This document shows, in pieces, positions 47,172 through 55,755 of a DNA stretch of 64,000 bases. Position 1 is the first letter of the stretch, and every line of letters starts with the position of its first letter. The translations under genes and the position numbers were made by a program. This DNA is from Mageeibacillus sp. UBA5439. Its GTDB lineage: Bacteria > Bacillota > Clostridia > Saccharofermentanales > DTU023. Under the pieces are notes generated by a model. That model did not search any database. It was not told where the DNA came from and saw only the letters and a program-made list of their open reading frames with translations. Location of the stretch: NCBI GenBank assembly GCA_002427505.1, contig DIRJ01000037.1:7597-71596 (forward strand). The letters run 5' to 3'.

Positions 47172-49987
47172 GCAAGCAAACAACTGAAATTGTGACCGGC
47201 GAGGCTATGCAGGAGTCAGCAATGACTTTGGCAGAATCCTCGGTAAGCAAGAAAGAAGATGTGATTATAAAACTGGAGACAGACTCTGCGGAGGGTCTGT
47301 CTGCTGCTGCCGCGGCAAAAGCTCTGGAGAAATATGGTCCCAACGAGCTGGCTGAAGAAAAGAAGGAATCCTTTTTTGTCAAGCTTCTGAACCAGTTTAA
47401 AGATTTTATGATCATTATTCTGATTATTGCTGCGATTATATCCGGTTCGCTGGGCGAGATTCTGGACGCCAGTGTTATTCTAGCTATCGTCATTATCAAT
47501 GCACTTCTGGGCGTTTATCAGGAAGGCAAAGCAGAAAGAGCCGTTGAAGCCTTGCAAAAGATGGCTGCTCCAGAAGCCCATGTCATCCGCAACGGAGAAT
47601 TGCAGGTGATAGCAGCAGCAGAGCTTGTGCCGGGAGATCTGGTGCAGCTGGAAGCTGGTAACGTTGTTCCCGCTGATATCAGACTCATTCAGAGTCAAAA
47701 TCTGCAAGCTGATGAATCGGCACTGACCGGTGAATCAGTTCCTGTAGACAAGGATGCTGACTTCATTACAGACGAGCTTTTGGGCATAGGAGACCGTAAA
47801 AATGTTGTCTATAGCAGCACAGCCATTTCCTATGGCCGCGCTGTCGGCATAGTTGTTGCCACCGGACAGAAAACTGAAATGGGTCGAATTGCTTCCAGCC
47901 TGACGAACATTAAGCAGGAGCAGACACCTTTGCAGCAGAATCTTAATCGCCTGGGCAAGATCCTCGGTATTTTGTCTCTAATTGTTGTCGGTGTTATTTT
48001 TGGAGTTGGTTTATTGCAGGGCGGCGATCCGCTGCAGTTGTTCATGACTGCAGTGGCTTTGGCTGTGGCTGCCATTCCGGAAGGACTGCCGGCTGTTGTT
48101 ACAATCGTATTGTCTTTGGGTATGAACCGGATGGCTAAGGAGAACGCCATTGTAAAACGTCTGCTTGCCGTTGAAACCTTAGGCAGTGTTGACACAATTT
48201 GCAGTGATAAAACCGGGACTCTGACACAAAATGAGATGACTGTCACCAGACTCTATGCCGACAAGCGGGTTTTTGAGGTAAGTGGTTCAGGCTATACACC
48301 CGAAGGTGATATAAACAGTACGGACGAAAAAGAAGTTGCTGTTTCTCAGGATGTGCTGGACCGACTTTTTGAAATCGGGATCTTGTGCAATGATGCCGTT
48401 TTGCGCAGCGAAGCAGGCGTAACCCAGATGATAGGTGACCCGACAGAGGGTGCTATGCTGACAGCAGCTGCCAAAGGCTGTTCCAGAGATATCAGCGCCG
48501 TACGCCAGGCACACCCGCGCGCCGGTGAAAAGCCTTTTGATTCAGCACGAAAAATGATGACTGTCGCCTACACGACTTTGCCTGATGCAGCCTATATATC
48601 TATGACCAAGGGTGCCCCTGACCGTATTCTCGATCGCTCCGCTAAGGAATTGACTTCTTCCGGGGTGGTTGATCTGACAGATGAGCGCCGGCAGGAAATA
48701 ACCGAGATGAACAGCCATTTCGCACGTGGAGCGCTGCGTGTACTCGCTTTTGCTTACCGCCAGCATGATAATGCAGAGTTTGCAGGCATGGAAACGGATA
48801 TGATTTTCGTCGGTCTGATGGGTATGATTGACCCGGCCCGTCCGGAAGTTAAAGAATCTATCCGGGTTTGCCATGAGGCCGGTATCCGTGTTGTCATGAT
48901 CACAGGCGACCATAAAGAAACAGCTGTCGCAATCGCTAACGATCTCCATCTTCGCGGAGAAGATGATGATGTTCTTTCCGGCTCTGACTTGGATAAGATG
49001 ACCAGAGAAGAACTGCAGATGGTGTCTGAAAATACTTCAGTATATGCTCGTGTCTCGCCTGAGAACAAAGTCCAGATAGTTGATGCCATCAAAGCGAATG
49101 GTCACATCTCCTCTATGACCGGTGACGGTGTCAACGATGCCCCGGCTTTGAAACGGGCTGATATCGGCGTAGCCATGGGTATTACCGGAACTGAAGTAGC
49201 CAAGAGTGCAGCTGACATGATTCTGACCGATGATAACTTTTCTACAATTGTACATGCAGTTAAAGAGGGGAGAGTGATTTTTAGCAATATCCGCAAGGTT
49301 GTCAGCTTTCTGCTTTCCTGTAATTTTGGTGAGATTCTCATTATTTTTCTGACGAATATGATTTTGGGACCTGAGTATACGCCTTTGCTGCCGATCCAGT
49401 TGCTCTGGCTTAACTTGGTGACGGATAGTTTTCCGGCTTTGGCACTGGGTCAGGAGAGAGCAGAAGATGGAATTATGAAGCTGCCGCCACGCAGTCCTGA
49501 AGACAAAATACTGGACAAGGAAATGTTGCTTTCCATTGTTGTACAGGCTCTGGCAATAATGGTGACAGTATTTGCAGCTTTTAATCTGGGCAGGATCTTT
49601 TATCCTGACCTTTATCTGGAAGGCGGAGCCTTAGTTTCAGGTTTTCACTTCATGCCTTTGGCGGGAACAGAACCTTCAATGGGAGCCCATACCTACGCTT
49701 TTATCAGTCTGGTTATGGCTGAATTAGTCAGGGCCTACTCAAGCAGGTCGGAGCGCCACTCCGTGTTCGGCCTCGGCTTTTTCTCTAACCCTACCTTGAA
49801 CAAGGCTATACTGCTTTCCCTTATTTTAACTTTGGCTGTGGTGTACCTGCCTTTTATGGGAGACGCTTTCCATACAGTCCCTTTGCAGCTGCGTGACTGG
49901 GCCGTGATCTTGTCGCTGGTTCTGCTTCCTTTTGCAGCCGGTGAGATCTTTAAATTGACCTATCATCGCAATGACAAGAAAAGATAA
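47168..49987 (+). CDS. P-type cation-transporting ATPase (P2-type, Ca2+/Mg2+-like)
   Basis: 939 aa. TGES, phosphorylation site CSDKTGTLT, hinge MTGDGVNDAPALK, and 10-TM topology. ATGA overlap with the upstream corC-like gene. Confidence 0.9.
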   Translation: MSKQTTEIVTGEAMQESAMTLAESSVSKKEDVIIKLETDSAEGLSAAAAAKALEKYGPNELAEEKKESFFVKLLNQFKDFMIIILIIAAIISGSLGEILDASVILAIVIINALLGVYQEGKAERAVEALQKMAAPEAHVIRNGELQVIAAAELVPGDLVQLEAGNVVPADIRLIQSQNLQADESALTGESVPVDKDADFITDELLGIGDRKNVVYSSTAISYGRAVGIVVATGQKTEMGRIASSLTNIKQEQTPLQQNLNRLGKILGILSLIVVGVIFGVGLLQGGDPLQLFMTAVALAVAAIPEGLPAVVTIVLSLGMNRMAKENAIVKRLLAVETLGSVDTICSDKTGTLTQNEMTVTRLYADKRVFEVSGSGYTPEGDINSTDEKEVAVSQDVLDRLFEIGILCNDAVLRSEAGVTQMIGDPTEGAMLTAAAKGCSRDISAVRQAHPRAGEKPFDSARKMMTVAYTTLPDAAYISMTKGAPDRILDRSAKELTSSGVVDLTDERRQEITEMNSHFARGALRVLAFAYRQHDNAEFAGMETDMIFVGLMGMIDPARPEVKESIRVCHEAGIRVVMITGDHKETAVAIANDLHLRGEDDDVLSGSDLDKMTREELQMVSENTSVYARVSPENKVQIVDAIKANGHISSMTGDGVNDAPALKRADIGVAMGITGTEVAKSAADMILTDDNFSTIVHAVKEGRVIFSNIRKVVSFLLSCNFGEILIIFLTNMILGPEYTPLLPIQLLWLNLVTDSFPALALGQERAEDGIMKLPPRSPEDKILDKEMLLSIVVQALAIMVTVFAAFNLGRIFYPDLYLEGGALVSGFHFMPLAGTEPSMGAHTYAFISLVMAELVRAYSSRSERHSVFGLGFFSNPTLNKAILLSLILTLAVVYLPFMGDAFHTVPLQLRDWAVILSLVLLPFAAGEIFKLTYHRNDKKR

Positions 49988-50062
49988 GCAGGGTGATTTG
50001 GACCACTGTCTTGCAGTGAGCCTGAATCAGTAATAATTACCGTATTATTTGGGGCGGAGCGC

Positions 50063-50091
50063 TTGACGCAAGGGCTCTGCCCCTGTATACT
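50063..50091 (+). promoter_or_regulatory. Promoter of the infC-rpmI-rplT operon (TTGACG, 17 nt spacer, TATACT)
   Basis: -35 at 50063-50068 and -10 at 50086-50091. Confidence 0.55.
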
Positions 50092-50094
50092 TTG

Positions 50095-50215
50095 ATCCGA
50101 TAACAAGTAGAAGTTTCCGCTTCTCACCTCCAGCTTCGGTAAAGAGGTCTACAGTGACTGCATCCTGGGATGCTGGTGTGTGGGCGGAGAAAATCCGCTA
50201 TTTTTATGCGAAAAA
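50095..50215 (+). promoter_or_regulatory. Probable L20 ribosomal-protein leader with an attenuator terminator
   Basis: Structured leader of about 130 nt between the promoter and infC. It contains a hairpin gcatcc/ggatgc and a terminator-like gcgga-gaaaa-tccgc plus tattttt (50183-50205). Firmicutes infC operons carry an L20-responsive leader at this position. Confidence 0.45.
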
Positions 50216-50229
50216 CCAAAGGAGGTATT

Positions 50230-50757
50230 ATTATCGCTCAACAAAGCCGCAGAGGTCATCTCATTAATCAGGAAATTACTTTTCCTGAAGTCAGACTTGT
50301 CGATGCAGATGGCGGAATGATAGGAATTGTGCCAATTGCAGAGGCTCTTGCCAGAGCTGACGCAGCAGCATTAGATTTAGTGCTGATATCACCGGACAAT
50401 AATAATCCGGTAGCCAAATTAATGGATTACGGAAAATATACTTTTGATCAGGACAAGAAAAAACGTGAAGCCAAAAAGCACCAGAAGACCATTCAGGTTA
50501 AAGAAGTACAGATCAAGTTAACTACAGAAGAACATGACTTTAACGTTAAAGTCAGGAATGCCATCCGCTTTCTGGAAAATGGCGACAGGGTAAAAGTGGT
50601 TATTCGTTTCCGTGGTCGTGAGATGGCTTTTAAACATCAGGGCTACGATGTCATGCAAAAAGTATCTGAAGCGGTCAGTGAAGTCGGCGTAGTTGATAAA
50701 GCTCCGCAGGCAGAAGGCAGGAACATGATCATGTACCTGGCGCCTATTGCTGAATAA
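50230..50757 (+). CDS. infC: Translation initiation factor IF-3 (non-ATG start)
   Basis: IF-3 sequence INQEITFPEVRLVDADGGMIGIV...KVVIRFRGRE. The only good SD (aaaggaggt, 50218-50226) is followed by ATT ATT ATC. The exact start is uncertain by +/-3 nt. The upstream in-frame ATGs lie inside the leader terminator. Confidence 0.85.
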   Translation: MIAQQSRRGHLINQEITFPEVRLVDADGGMIGIVPIAEALARADAAALDLVLISPDNNNPVAKLMDYGKYTFDQDKKKREAKKHQKTIQVKEVQIKLTTEEHDFNVKVRNAIRFLENGDRVKVVIRFRGREMAFKHQGYDVMQKVSEAVSEVGVVDKAPQAEGRNMIMYLAPIAE

Positions 50758-50886
50758 CTGGCTGCTTAATAAAGCGGGCAGATTGCAGGCAGGCGAATTA
50801 ACTAGATATTTCGCCCAGCTTATTCTAGGAAAAAACAAATTAAGCGAGGGGAATTTTAAATATAACTTAGCAGGAGGAGGTATTTT

Positions 50887-51084
50887 ATGCCTAAACAGAA
50901 ATCACACAGCTCGTCAAAGAAACGTTTCAGAGTAACGGGGACGGGGAAGTTCAGACGTAACCACGCATTTACAAAGCATATTCTGACTAAGAAGGCGCCG
51001 AAACGTAAGCGCCAGCTACGTAAGTCGGTAATAGTGTCTGATGTAGATCAAAAGCGTTTACGCAAATTGTTACCTTATAAATAA
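50887..51084 (+). CDS. rpmI: 50S ribosomal protein L35
   Basis: [33 protein letters not shown]; SD aggaggagg. Confidence 0.93.
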   Translation: MPKQKSHSSSKKRFRVTGTGKFRRNHAFTKHILTKKAPKRKRQLRKSVIVSDVDQKRLRKLLPYK

Positions 51085-51110
51085 TTCGTTACGAGATTAA
51101 GGAGAATATT

Positions 51111-51470
51111 ATGGCTAGAGTAAAAAGAGGGCCAACAAACCGTCGTCGTCATAAAAAAGTTATTAAACAAGCTAAAGGCTATTTCGGCCGGAAGAGTAAA
51201 TTATACAAAGTTGCTAATCAGTCTGTGCTCAAGTCCGGACAGTACGCTTACAACGATCGCAAGCGTAAAAAACGCGATTTTCGTCGTCTGTGGATAGCTC
51301 GTATTAACGCTGAAGCACGTCAAAATGGCATGTCTTACAGCCGTTTCATGAATGGTCTGTCTACTGCAGGCGTGGGCCTCGACCGCAAGGTTTTGGCAGA
51401 TCTGGCCGTTAATGACAAAGAGGCCTTTGCCGGCCTGGTAGATGTTGCTCAGGAAGCTCTGAAACACTAA
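51111..51470 (+). CDS. rplT: 50S ribosomal protein L20
   Basis: [37 protein letters not shown]; 119 aa. Confidence 0.95.
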   Translation: MARVKRGPTNRRRHKKVIKQAKGYFGRKSKLYKVANQSVLKSGQYAYNDRKRKKRDFRRLWIARINAEARQNGMSYSRFMNGLSTAGVGLDRKVLADLAVNDKEAFAGLVDVAQEALKH

Positions 51471-51493
51471 ACAGCTAAAGATATTTTTAAAGC

Positions 51494-51518
51494 GGGGAGT
51501 GCAGTCACTCCCCCTTTT
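51494..51518 (+). terminator. Rho-independent terminator after rplT
   Basis: Stem ggggagtg / cactcccc with a 4-nt loop, followed by tttt. Confidence 0.65.
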
Positions 51519-51538
51519 GATGTTCAGGAAGAAAAACT

Positions 51539-52333
51539 ATGCGTTCGATTGATTCTGATAAAAACAATCTTTACCGCAAATTTATGCTTCAAGGCAGTGC
51601 ACGCGAATTCAAAAAGACTAACTGGATCATGCTTGAAGGTCCGCGTCAGATTGAAGAGGCTCTGAAGGCCAGTGCGAGTTTAGAATATCTCGTCTTTTCA
51701 GATGATGAAAAGGGTCAGGCGATTTTGGCAGATTTGCAGGACTTGTTGCCTCAGCTGCCAGACGGACTTGACGGCGACCGGCTGATCCGCATGCGCAGTG
51801 ATCTTTTTCGGCGACTGTCCGGCACCAGAACACCCCAGGGGGTACTGGCGCTGCTGCAGCCCCGGCGAAGCAGCCTGAAGGATATTGAGCAGCTGAACAG
51901 TCTGGTCATCATAGATGTGCAGGATCCCGGCAATGTGGGTACCCTGATTCGAAGTGCAGATGCTTTTAACGTCAGACAGATTCTTTTCCTGGGCGCAAGT
52001 GCTTCTCCCTGGTCCGAAAAAAGCTTGCGGGCTGCAATGGGCTCCATTTTTCATCTGAAAATGATTGAGGAGGCAGACACAGCTCTGGCTCTGTCAGAGT
52101 TGAGGAAAAGTGAGATTGAGCTTCTCGCACTGGATATCAGGGGAAAGGATATCCGGGAGCTGGAACGCCGGAAAGAATATTTTGGCCTGCTTGTGGGTAA
52201 TGAGGGAAATGGGCTCTCTGAAGAATCCTTGAATCTATCTGACCAAAATATCAGAATAGAGATGCCGGGACAGGCCGAATCTCTTAATGTAGCAATGGCA
52301 GCGTCTATTGCTCTTTATGAATTAGGCAGATAA
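51539..52333 (+). CDS. TrmH/SpoU-family RNA 2'-O-methyltransferase
   Basis: 264 aa. SpoU motifs DVQDPGNVGTLIRSADAF, LLVGNEGNGLS and SLNVAMAASIALYE. Confidence 0.8.
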   Translation: MRSIDSDKNNLYRKFMLQGSAREFKKTNWIMLEGPRQIEEALKASASLEYLVFSDDEKGQAILADLQDLLPQLPDGLDGDRLIRMRSDLFRRLSGTRTPQGVLALLQPRRSSLKDIEQLNSLVIIDVQDPGNVGTLIRSADAFNVRQILFLGASASPWSEKSLRAAMGSIFHLKMIEEADTALALSELRKSEIELLALDIRGKDIRELERRKEYFGLLVGNEGNGLSEESLNLSDQNIRIEMPGQAESLNVAMAASIALYELGR

Positions 52334-52339
52334 TTACTC

Positions 52340-52368
52340 TTGCAGCTGAACCATTGAACTGCTATAAT
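52340..52368 (+). promoter_or_regulatory. Promoter for tRNA-Glu (TTGCAG, 17 nt spacer, TATAAT)
   Basis: -35 at 52340-52345 and -10 at 52363-52368, 14 nt before the mature 5' end. Confidence 0.5.
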
Positions 52369-52382
52369 ACTCCAGCACGTGC

Positions 52383-52457
52383 GGCCCTATGGTCAAGCGG
52401 TTAAGACGCCGCCCTCTCAAGGCGGAATCGGGGGTTCAATTCCCCCTAGGGTCACCA
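52383..52457 (+). tRNA. tRNA-Glu (anticodon CTC), CCA encoded
   Basis: Acceptor ggcccta/tagggtc, short Glu-type D arm gtc-aagcggttaa-gac, anticodon stem ccgcc/ggcgg with loop ctCTCaa, T arm ggggg-ttcaatt-ccccc. Confidence 0.9.
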
Positions 52458-52463
52458 GCAAAA

Positions 52464-52496
52464 AGCCCCTGTGAGATTGTCTCGCAGGGGCTTTTT
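52464..52496 (+). terminator. Rho-independent terminator after tRNA-Glu
   Basis: Stem agcccctg / caggggct with an inner gaga/tctc extension, followed by ttttt. Confidence 0.7.
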
Positions 52497-52543
52497 AAAT
52501 GACTCTTATCCAATTATCACAAAGAAGAGCCTGGAAATTGTGT

Positions 52544-52572
52544 TTGTCAATCTAGAAGAGAACTGTTATATT
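52544..52572 (+). promoter_or_regulatory. Candidate promoter for the ABC importer operon (TTGTCA, 17 nt spacer, TATATT)
   Basis: -35 at 52544-52549 and -10 at 52567-52572. Confidence 0.4.
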
Positions 52573-52682
52573 GAGCAAGTCAAGTTCCGCGCAGAAACAA
52601 GTTGATTACGGTCTTTGGACCAGACCTTGTGATAAGAATGGCAGAGTGAAAGATCCACTTAAAACTAAGGGAGGAAGAGAAA

Positions 52683-53834
52683 TTGAAAAACAATTTGAAA
52701 GTTTTTAGCTTAATTTTGGCCTTGCTGATGGCATTTGCGGTGACAGCCTGCACGCCCGGCAAACCTGCAGAGACAACTCCTGTAACGGAAACACCTACTG
52801 AAGCCATAACAGAGGCTCCCACGGAAGCACCTGTAGTGCCCGCTGACCCTGAAGCTGATACCTTTGTTTTTACTGATTCAGCAGGCAGAGAAGTTGAGTT
52901 GCCGATAAATATTGAAAGAATTGTACCTTCAGGTCCACTGGGTCAGCAGATTTTGCTAAGTATTGCCGGGGATATGCTTGTTGCCCTGACTAATGACGTG
53001 AGTGAAGGTCAGGCCTACTATATTGGAGAACAATACAAGGATCTGCCGGTAATTGGCCAATTCTTCGGTTCTCAGGATATGAACATGGAGGAACTGGCCC
53101 GTTTGACACCGCAGGTCATTATTGATATAGGTGAACCCAAAGGAGGCATTGCCGAAGATATGGACACGGTTACAATGCAGACAGGCATACCGGCGATTTT
53201 TATCGAAGCTGACCTGGAAAAATCGGGTAATGCTTATCGTACTCTGGGACAGCTGCTGGGCAAGGAAGAAAAGGGAGCAGCTTTAGGTGATTACTGTGAC
53301 CAGGTTTTTGCTGAAGTGACGGCGAAGATGGCTGAGATTTCTGAAGAAGACAGAGCGAGTTTTGCTTATCTTATGGGAGATACAGGTTTAAATGCGCTGT
53401 CTAAAGGCACTTATCATGCAACGATCATGGATCTTCTGGGAAATAACGTGGTAGAAGTGGAAAGCCCTTCTTCTCGTGGCAGTGGTGACGAAATAAACAT
53501 GGAGCAACTGCTTATCTGGAATCCTGAGTACATTTTCTTTGCTTCAGGGTCAGTTTATTCGCAGGCAAAGACCGATCCCGCTTTCTCAACTTTGCAGGCA
53601 ATTCAGGATGATCAGTATTATGAGGTTCCCGGACTGCCTTATAGCTGGCTGGGGGCACCGCCTTCGGTCAACCGTTTTATCGGCTTGCAATGGATGGCTC
53701 ACATACTATATCCTGATGTTTTCACCGAGGATTTGACAGGCATAGTACAGGAATACTACAAACTCTTCTATGATTTTGAGATGAGCTCGGCAGAATATGC
53801 TGAATTGATGGTTAACTCTGAACTGAAAGAGTAG
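52683..53834 (+). CDS. ABC transporter substrate-binding lipoprotein, iron-siderophore/cobalamin (FecB/BtuF) type
   Basis: TTG start after the SD gggagg. Lipobox LMAFAVTAC, a Thr/Pro/Glu-rich linker, then a class III periplasmic-binding fold. Confidence 0.85.
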   Translation: MKNNLKVFSLILALLMAFAVTACTPGKPAETTPVTETPTEAITEAPTEAPVVPADPEADTFVFTDSAGREVELPINIERIVPSGPLGQQILLSIAGDMLVALTNDVSEGQAYYIGEQYKDLPVIGQFFGSQDMNMEELARLTPQVIIDIGEPKGGIAEDMDTVTMQTGIPAIFIEADLEKSGNAYRTLGQLLGKEEKGAALGDYCDQVFAEVTAKMAEISEEDRASFAYLMGDTGLNALSKGTYHATIMDLLGNNVVEVESPSSRGSGDEINMEQLLIWNPEYIFFASGSVYSQAKTDPAFSTLQAIQDDQYYEVPGLPYSWLGAPPSVNRFIGLQWMAHILYPDVFTEDLTGIVQEYYKLFYDFEMSSAEYAELMVNSELKE

Positions 53835-53856
53835 ACAGTCACCTTTGAAATAAGAG

Positions 53857-54894
53857 TTGGAGTTAGTAGTGGAAACTCAAAGCAGAAACAATTATAGAAC
53901 TATTATTCTCGCTCTGACTGTTAGCCTGACAGCCCTATTTCTGATTTCACTGGTTTTAGGCAGATATCCTCTGACACTTTCAGAAATAGGGCGGTTGATT
54001 TTAAGTAAAATTACTGATATTGAACAGACCTGGCCTGATTCAGCTGAAGCCATATTCTTCAACGTGAGGCTGCCCCGTGTCGGGCTGGCAGTGCTGGTGG
54101 GCGCAGCACTGTCAGTTTCAGGAGCTGCCTATCAGGGTATGTTCCGTAACCCTTTAGTAAGCTCTGATATTGTAGGTGCGTCTTCCGGCGCTGCTTTTGG
54201 TGCGGCTCTGGGTATTTTGCTGGGTGCCGGCGGCAGCATGATTTCTATGTCAGCCTTCCTCTTTAGCAGCTTGTCGGTTGCCCTTGTTTATATGATCAGC
54301 AGGATCTTGCGGCAAAATCAGGTTTTGGGCCTGGTTCTGTCCGGAATCATGATTGGTTCTATTTTCAATGCCGGTACCAGCTTTTTAAAATTAATGGCAG
54401 ATCCTAACGATCAGCTTCCGCAGATCACTTTCTGGCTGATGGGTTCATTAAACGGAAAAACGCTGGAAGAGCTCTTCTACGGAGCTATTCTGATTCTGAT
54501 CGGTCTGCTTCCACTAATGGGATTGCGCTGGAAAATGAATCTGCTGACCATGGATGAGAAAGAAGCCCAAGCCATGGGTGTCGCTGTGGGACCTTTGCGA
54601 CTGATCGTAATTGTCTGCGCCACCTTGTTGACAGCGACCAGCATTGCGGTTTCCGGTATGATCGGCTGGGTTTCATTGGTGATACCGCATTTCTCACGCC
54701 TTTTAGTGGGGAGTGATTTCAGGCGCTTACTGCCTGCCTCCATGCTGATGGGCTCTTGTTTTCTCTTGATTGTGGATAATATCTCGCGTTTGGCGTTCAC
54801 TGCTGAAATTCCGCTGGGGATTATTACTTCTCTGGTCGGTGCGCCCTTTTATCTTTACCTGCTCTTGAGCCGCAGAAGCAGAATGAACCTCTAG
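53857..54894 (+). CDS. FecCD-family ABC permease
   Basis: Polytopic FecCD/BtuC-like sequence (LVGAALSVSGAAYQGMFRNPLVSSDIVGASSGAA). The start may be the GTG at 53869, after the SD ggag. Confidence 0.85.
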   Translation: MELVVETQSRNNYRTIILALTVSLTALFLISLVLGRYPLTLSEIGRLILSKITDIEQTWPDSAEAIFFNVRLPRVGLAVLVGAALSVSGAAYQGMFRNPLVSSDIVGASSGAAFGAALGILLGAGGSMISMSAFLFSSLSVALVYMISRILRQNQVLGLVLSGIMIGSIFNAGTSFLKLMADPNDQLPQITFWLMGSLNGKTLEELFYGAILILIGLLPLMGLRWKMNLLTMDEKEAQAMGVAVGPLRLIVIVCATLLTATSIAVSGMIGWVSLVIPHFSRLLVGSDFRRLLPASMLMGSCFLLIVDNISRLAFTAEIPLGIITSLVGAPFYLYLLLSRRSRMNL

Positions 54895-54904
54895 GAGCAA
54901 CAAG

Positions 54905-55690
54905 ATGAGTTTAGAGATTAACGATTTGCATTTTTCTTACGGTGAGCGCGAGGTGCTGGACGGAGTTTCCTTCAAGCTTAAAGAGGGCAGCCTTGTCTGT
55001 CTTCTGGGAGCAAACGGTTCTGGTAAAAGCACGCTGTTTTCTTGTATTTTGCAGTTTCTGCCTAAATATGATGGTTCAATTAAGTTAAATGGCGCAGATC
55101 TTTCCAGTCTCAGTACTAAAGAAAGAGCAAAGCTGATCGCCTATATTCCACAATCCCATATTCCTGTCTTTAACTTCACTTGTCTGGAAGTAGTTCTGAT
55201 GGCGACTCAATCGAATGGATCGATCTTTTATATTCCGGACGAAGCAGCCCAAGAGGCTGCACGAGACGCCTTATACCGGGTGGGGCTGGAGGGCTTTGAA
55301 GAACGTGGCTATGCGAGAATATCCGGTGGTGAAAGACAATTGGTTCTGATTGCCCGGGCTCTGGCTCAGGGGTCAAAGTACCTGATCATGGATGAGCCGA
55401 CCTCCAGTCTCGATTACGGTAATCAGATGCGTATTCTCTCCATGGTGCGTAAGCTGACAGATGATGGATATACAGTGTTTTTATCCACACATCATCCGGA
55501 TCAGGCTCTGCTTTTTTCGGACGAGGTTATCCTGCTGCATGAGGGACATATCATGTCTCAGGGCAGAGCGGATGAAGTCTTGAGTTCGGAAAACTTATCT
55601 CTTATCTATGGATTAGATGTAGAAGTGGTGCCCCTGATGGGTGGCAAAATGTTTACCTGCATCCCTACGCAAGTATTAAAAGAGAGTTAA
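54905..55690 (+). CDS. ABC transporter ATP-binding protein (FecE/BtuD-like)
   Basis: Walker A GANGSGKST, signature ISGGERQ, and Walker B LIMDEPTS. Confidence 0.88.
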   Translation: MSLEINDLHFSYGEREVLDGVSFKLKEGSLVCLLGANGSGKSTLFSCILQFLPKYDGSIKLNGADLSSLSTKERAKLIAYIPQSHIPVFNFTCLEVVLMATQSNGSIFYIPDEAAQEAARDALYRVGLEGFEERGYARISGGERQLVLIARALAQGSKYLIMDEPTSSLDYGNQMRILSMVRKLTDDGYTVFLSTHHPDQALLFSDEVILLHEGHIMSQGRADEVLSSENLSLIYGLDVEVVPLMGGKMFTCIPTQVLKES

Positions 55691-55755
55691 AATTACGACA
55701 TTATTTACTCAAACTAGTTACGCAATTATTCATACATCTGTGCTAAGATCAAGTC

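Noticed and set aside
50051-50083. 10-bp hairpin ggggcggagc / gctctgcccc after the P-type ATPase gene, considered as its terminator
   Set aside because: It is not followed by a T-tract, and it encloses the -35 box of the infC promoter. Its role is uncertain, so it is not called.
52497-52682. Cobalamin riboswitch or Fur box upstream of the FecB/BtuF-type ABC importer
   Set aside because: No B12-box-like element and no GATAATGATAATCATTATC-like Fur operator is visible. I see only a plausible sigma-A promoter and a short hairpin (ggtct-ttgg-accagacc).
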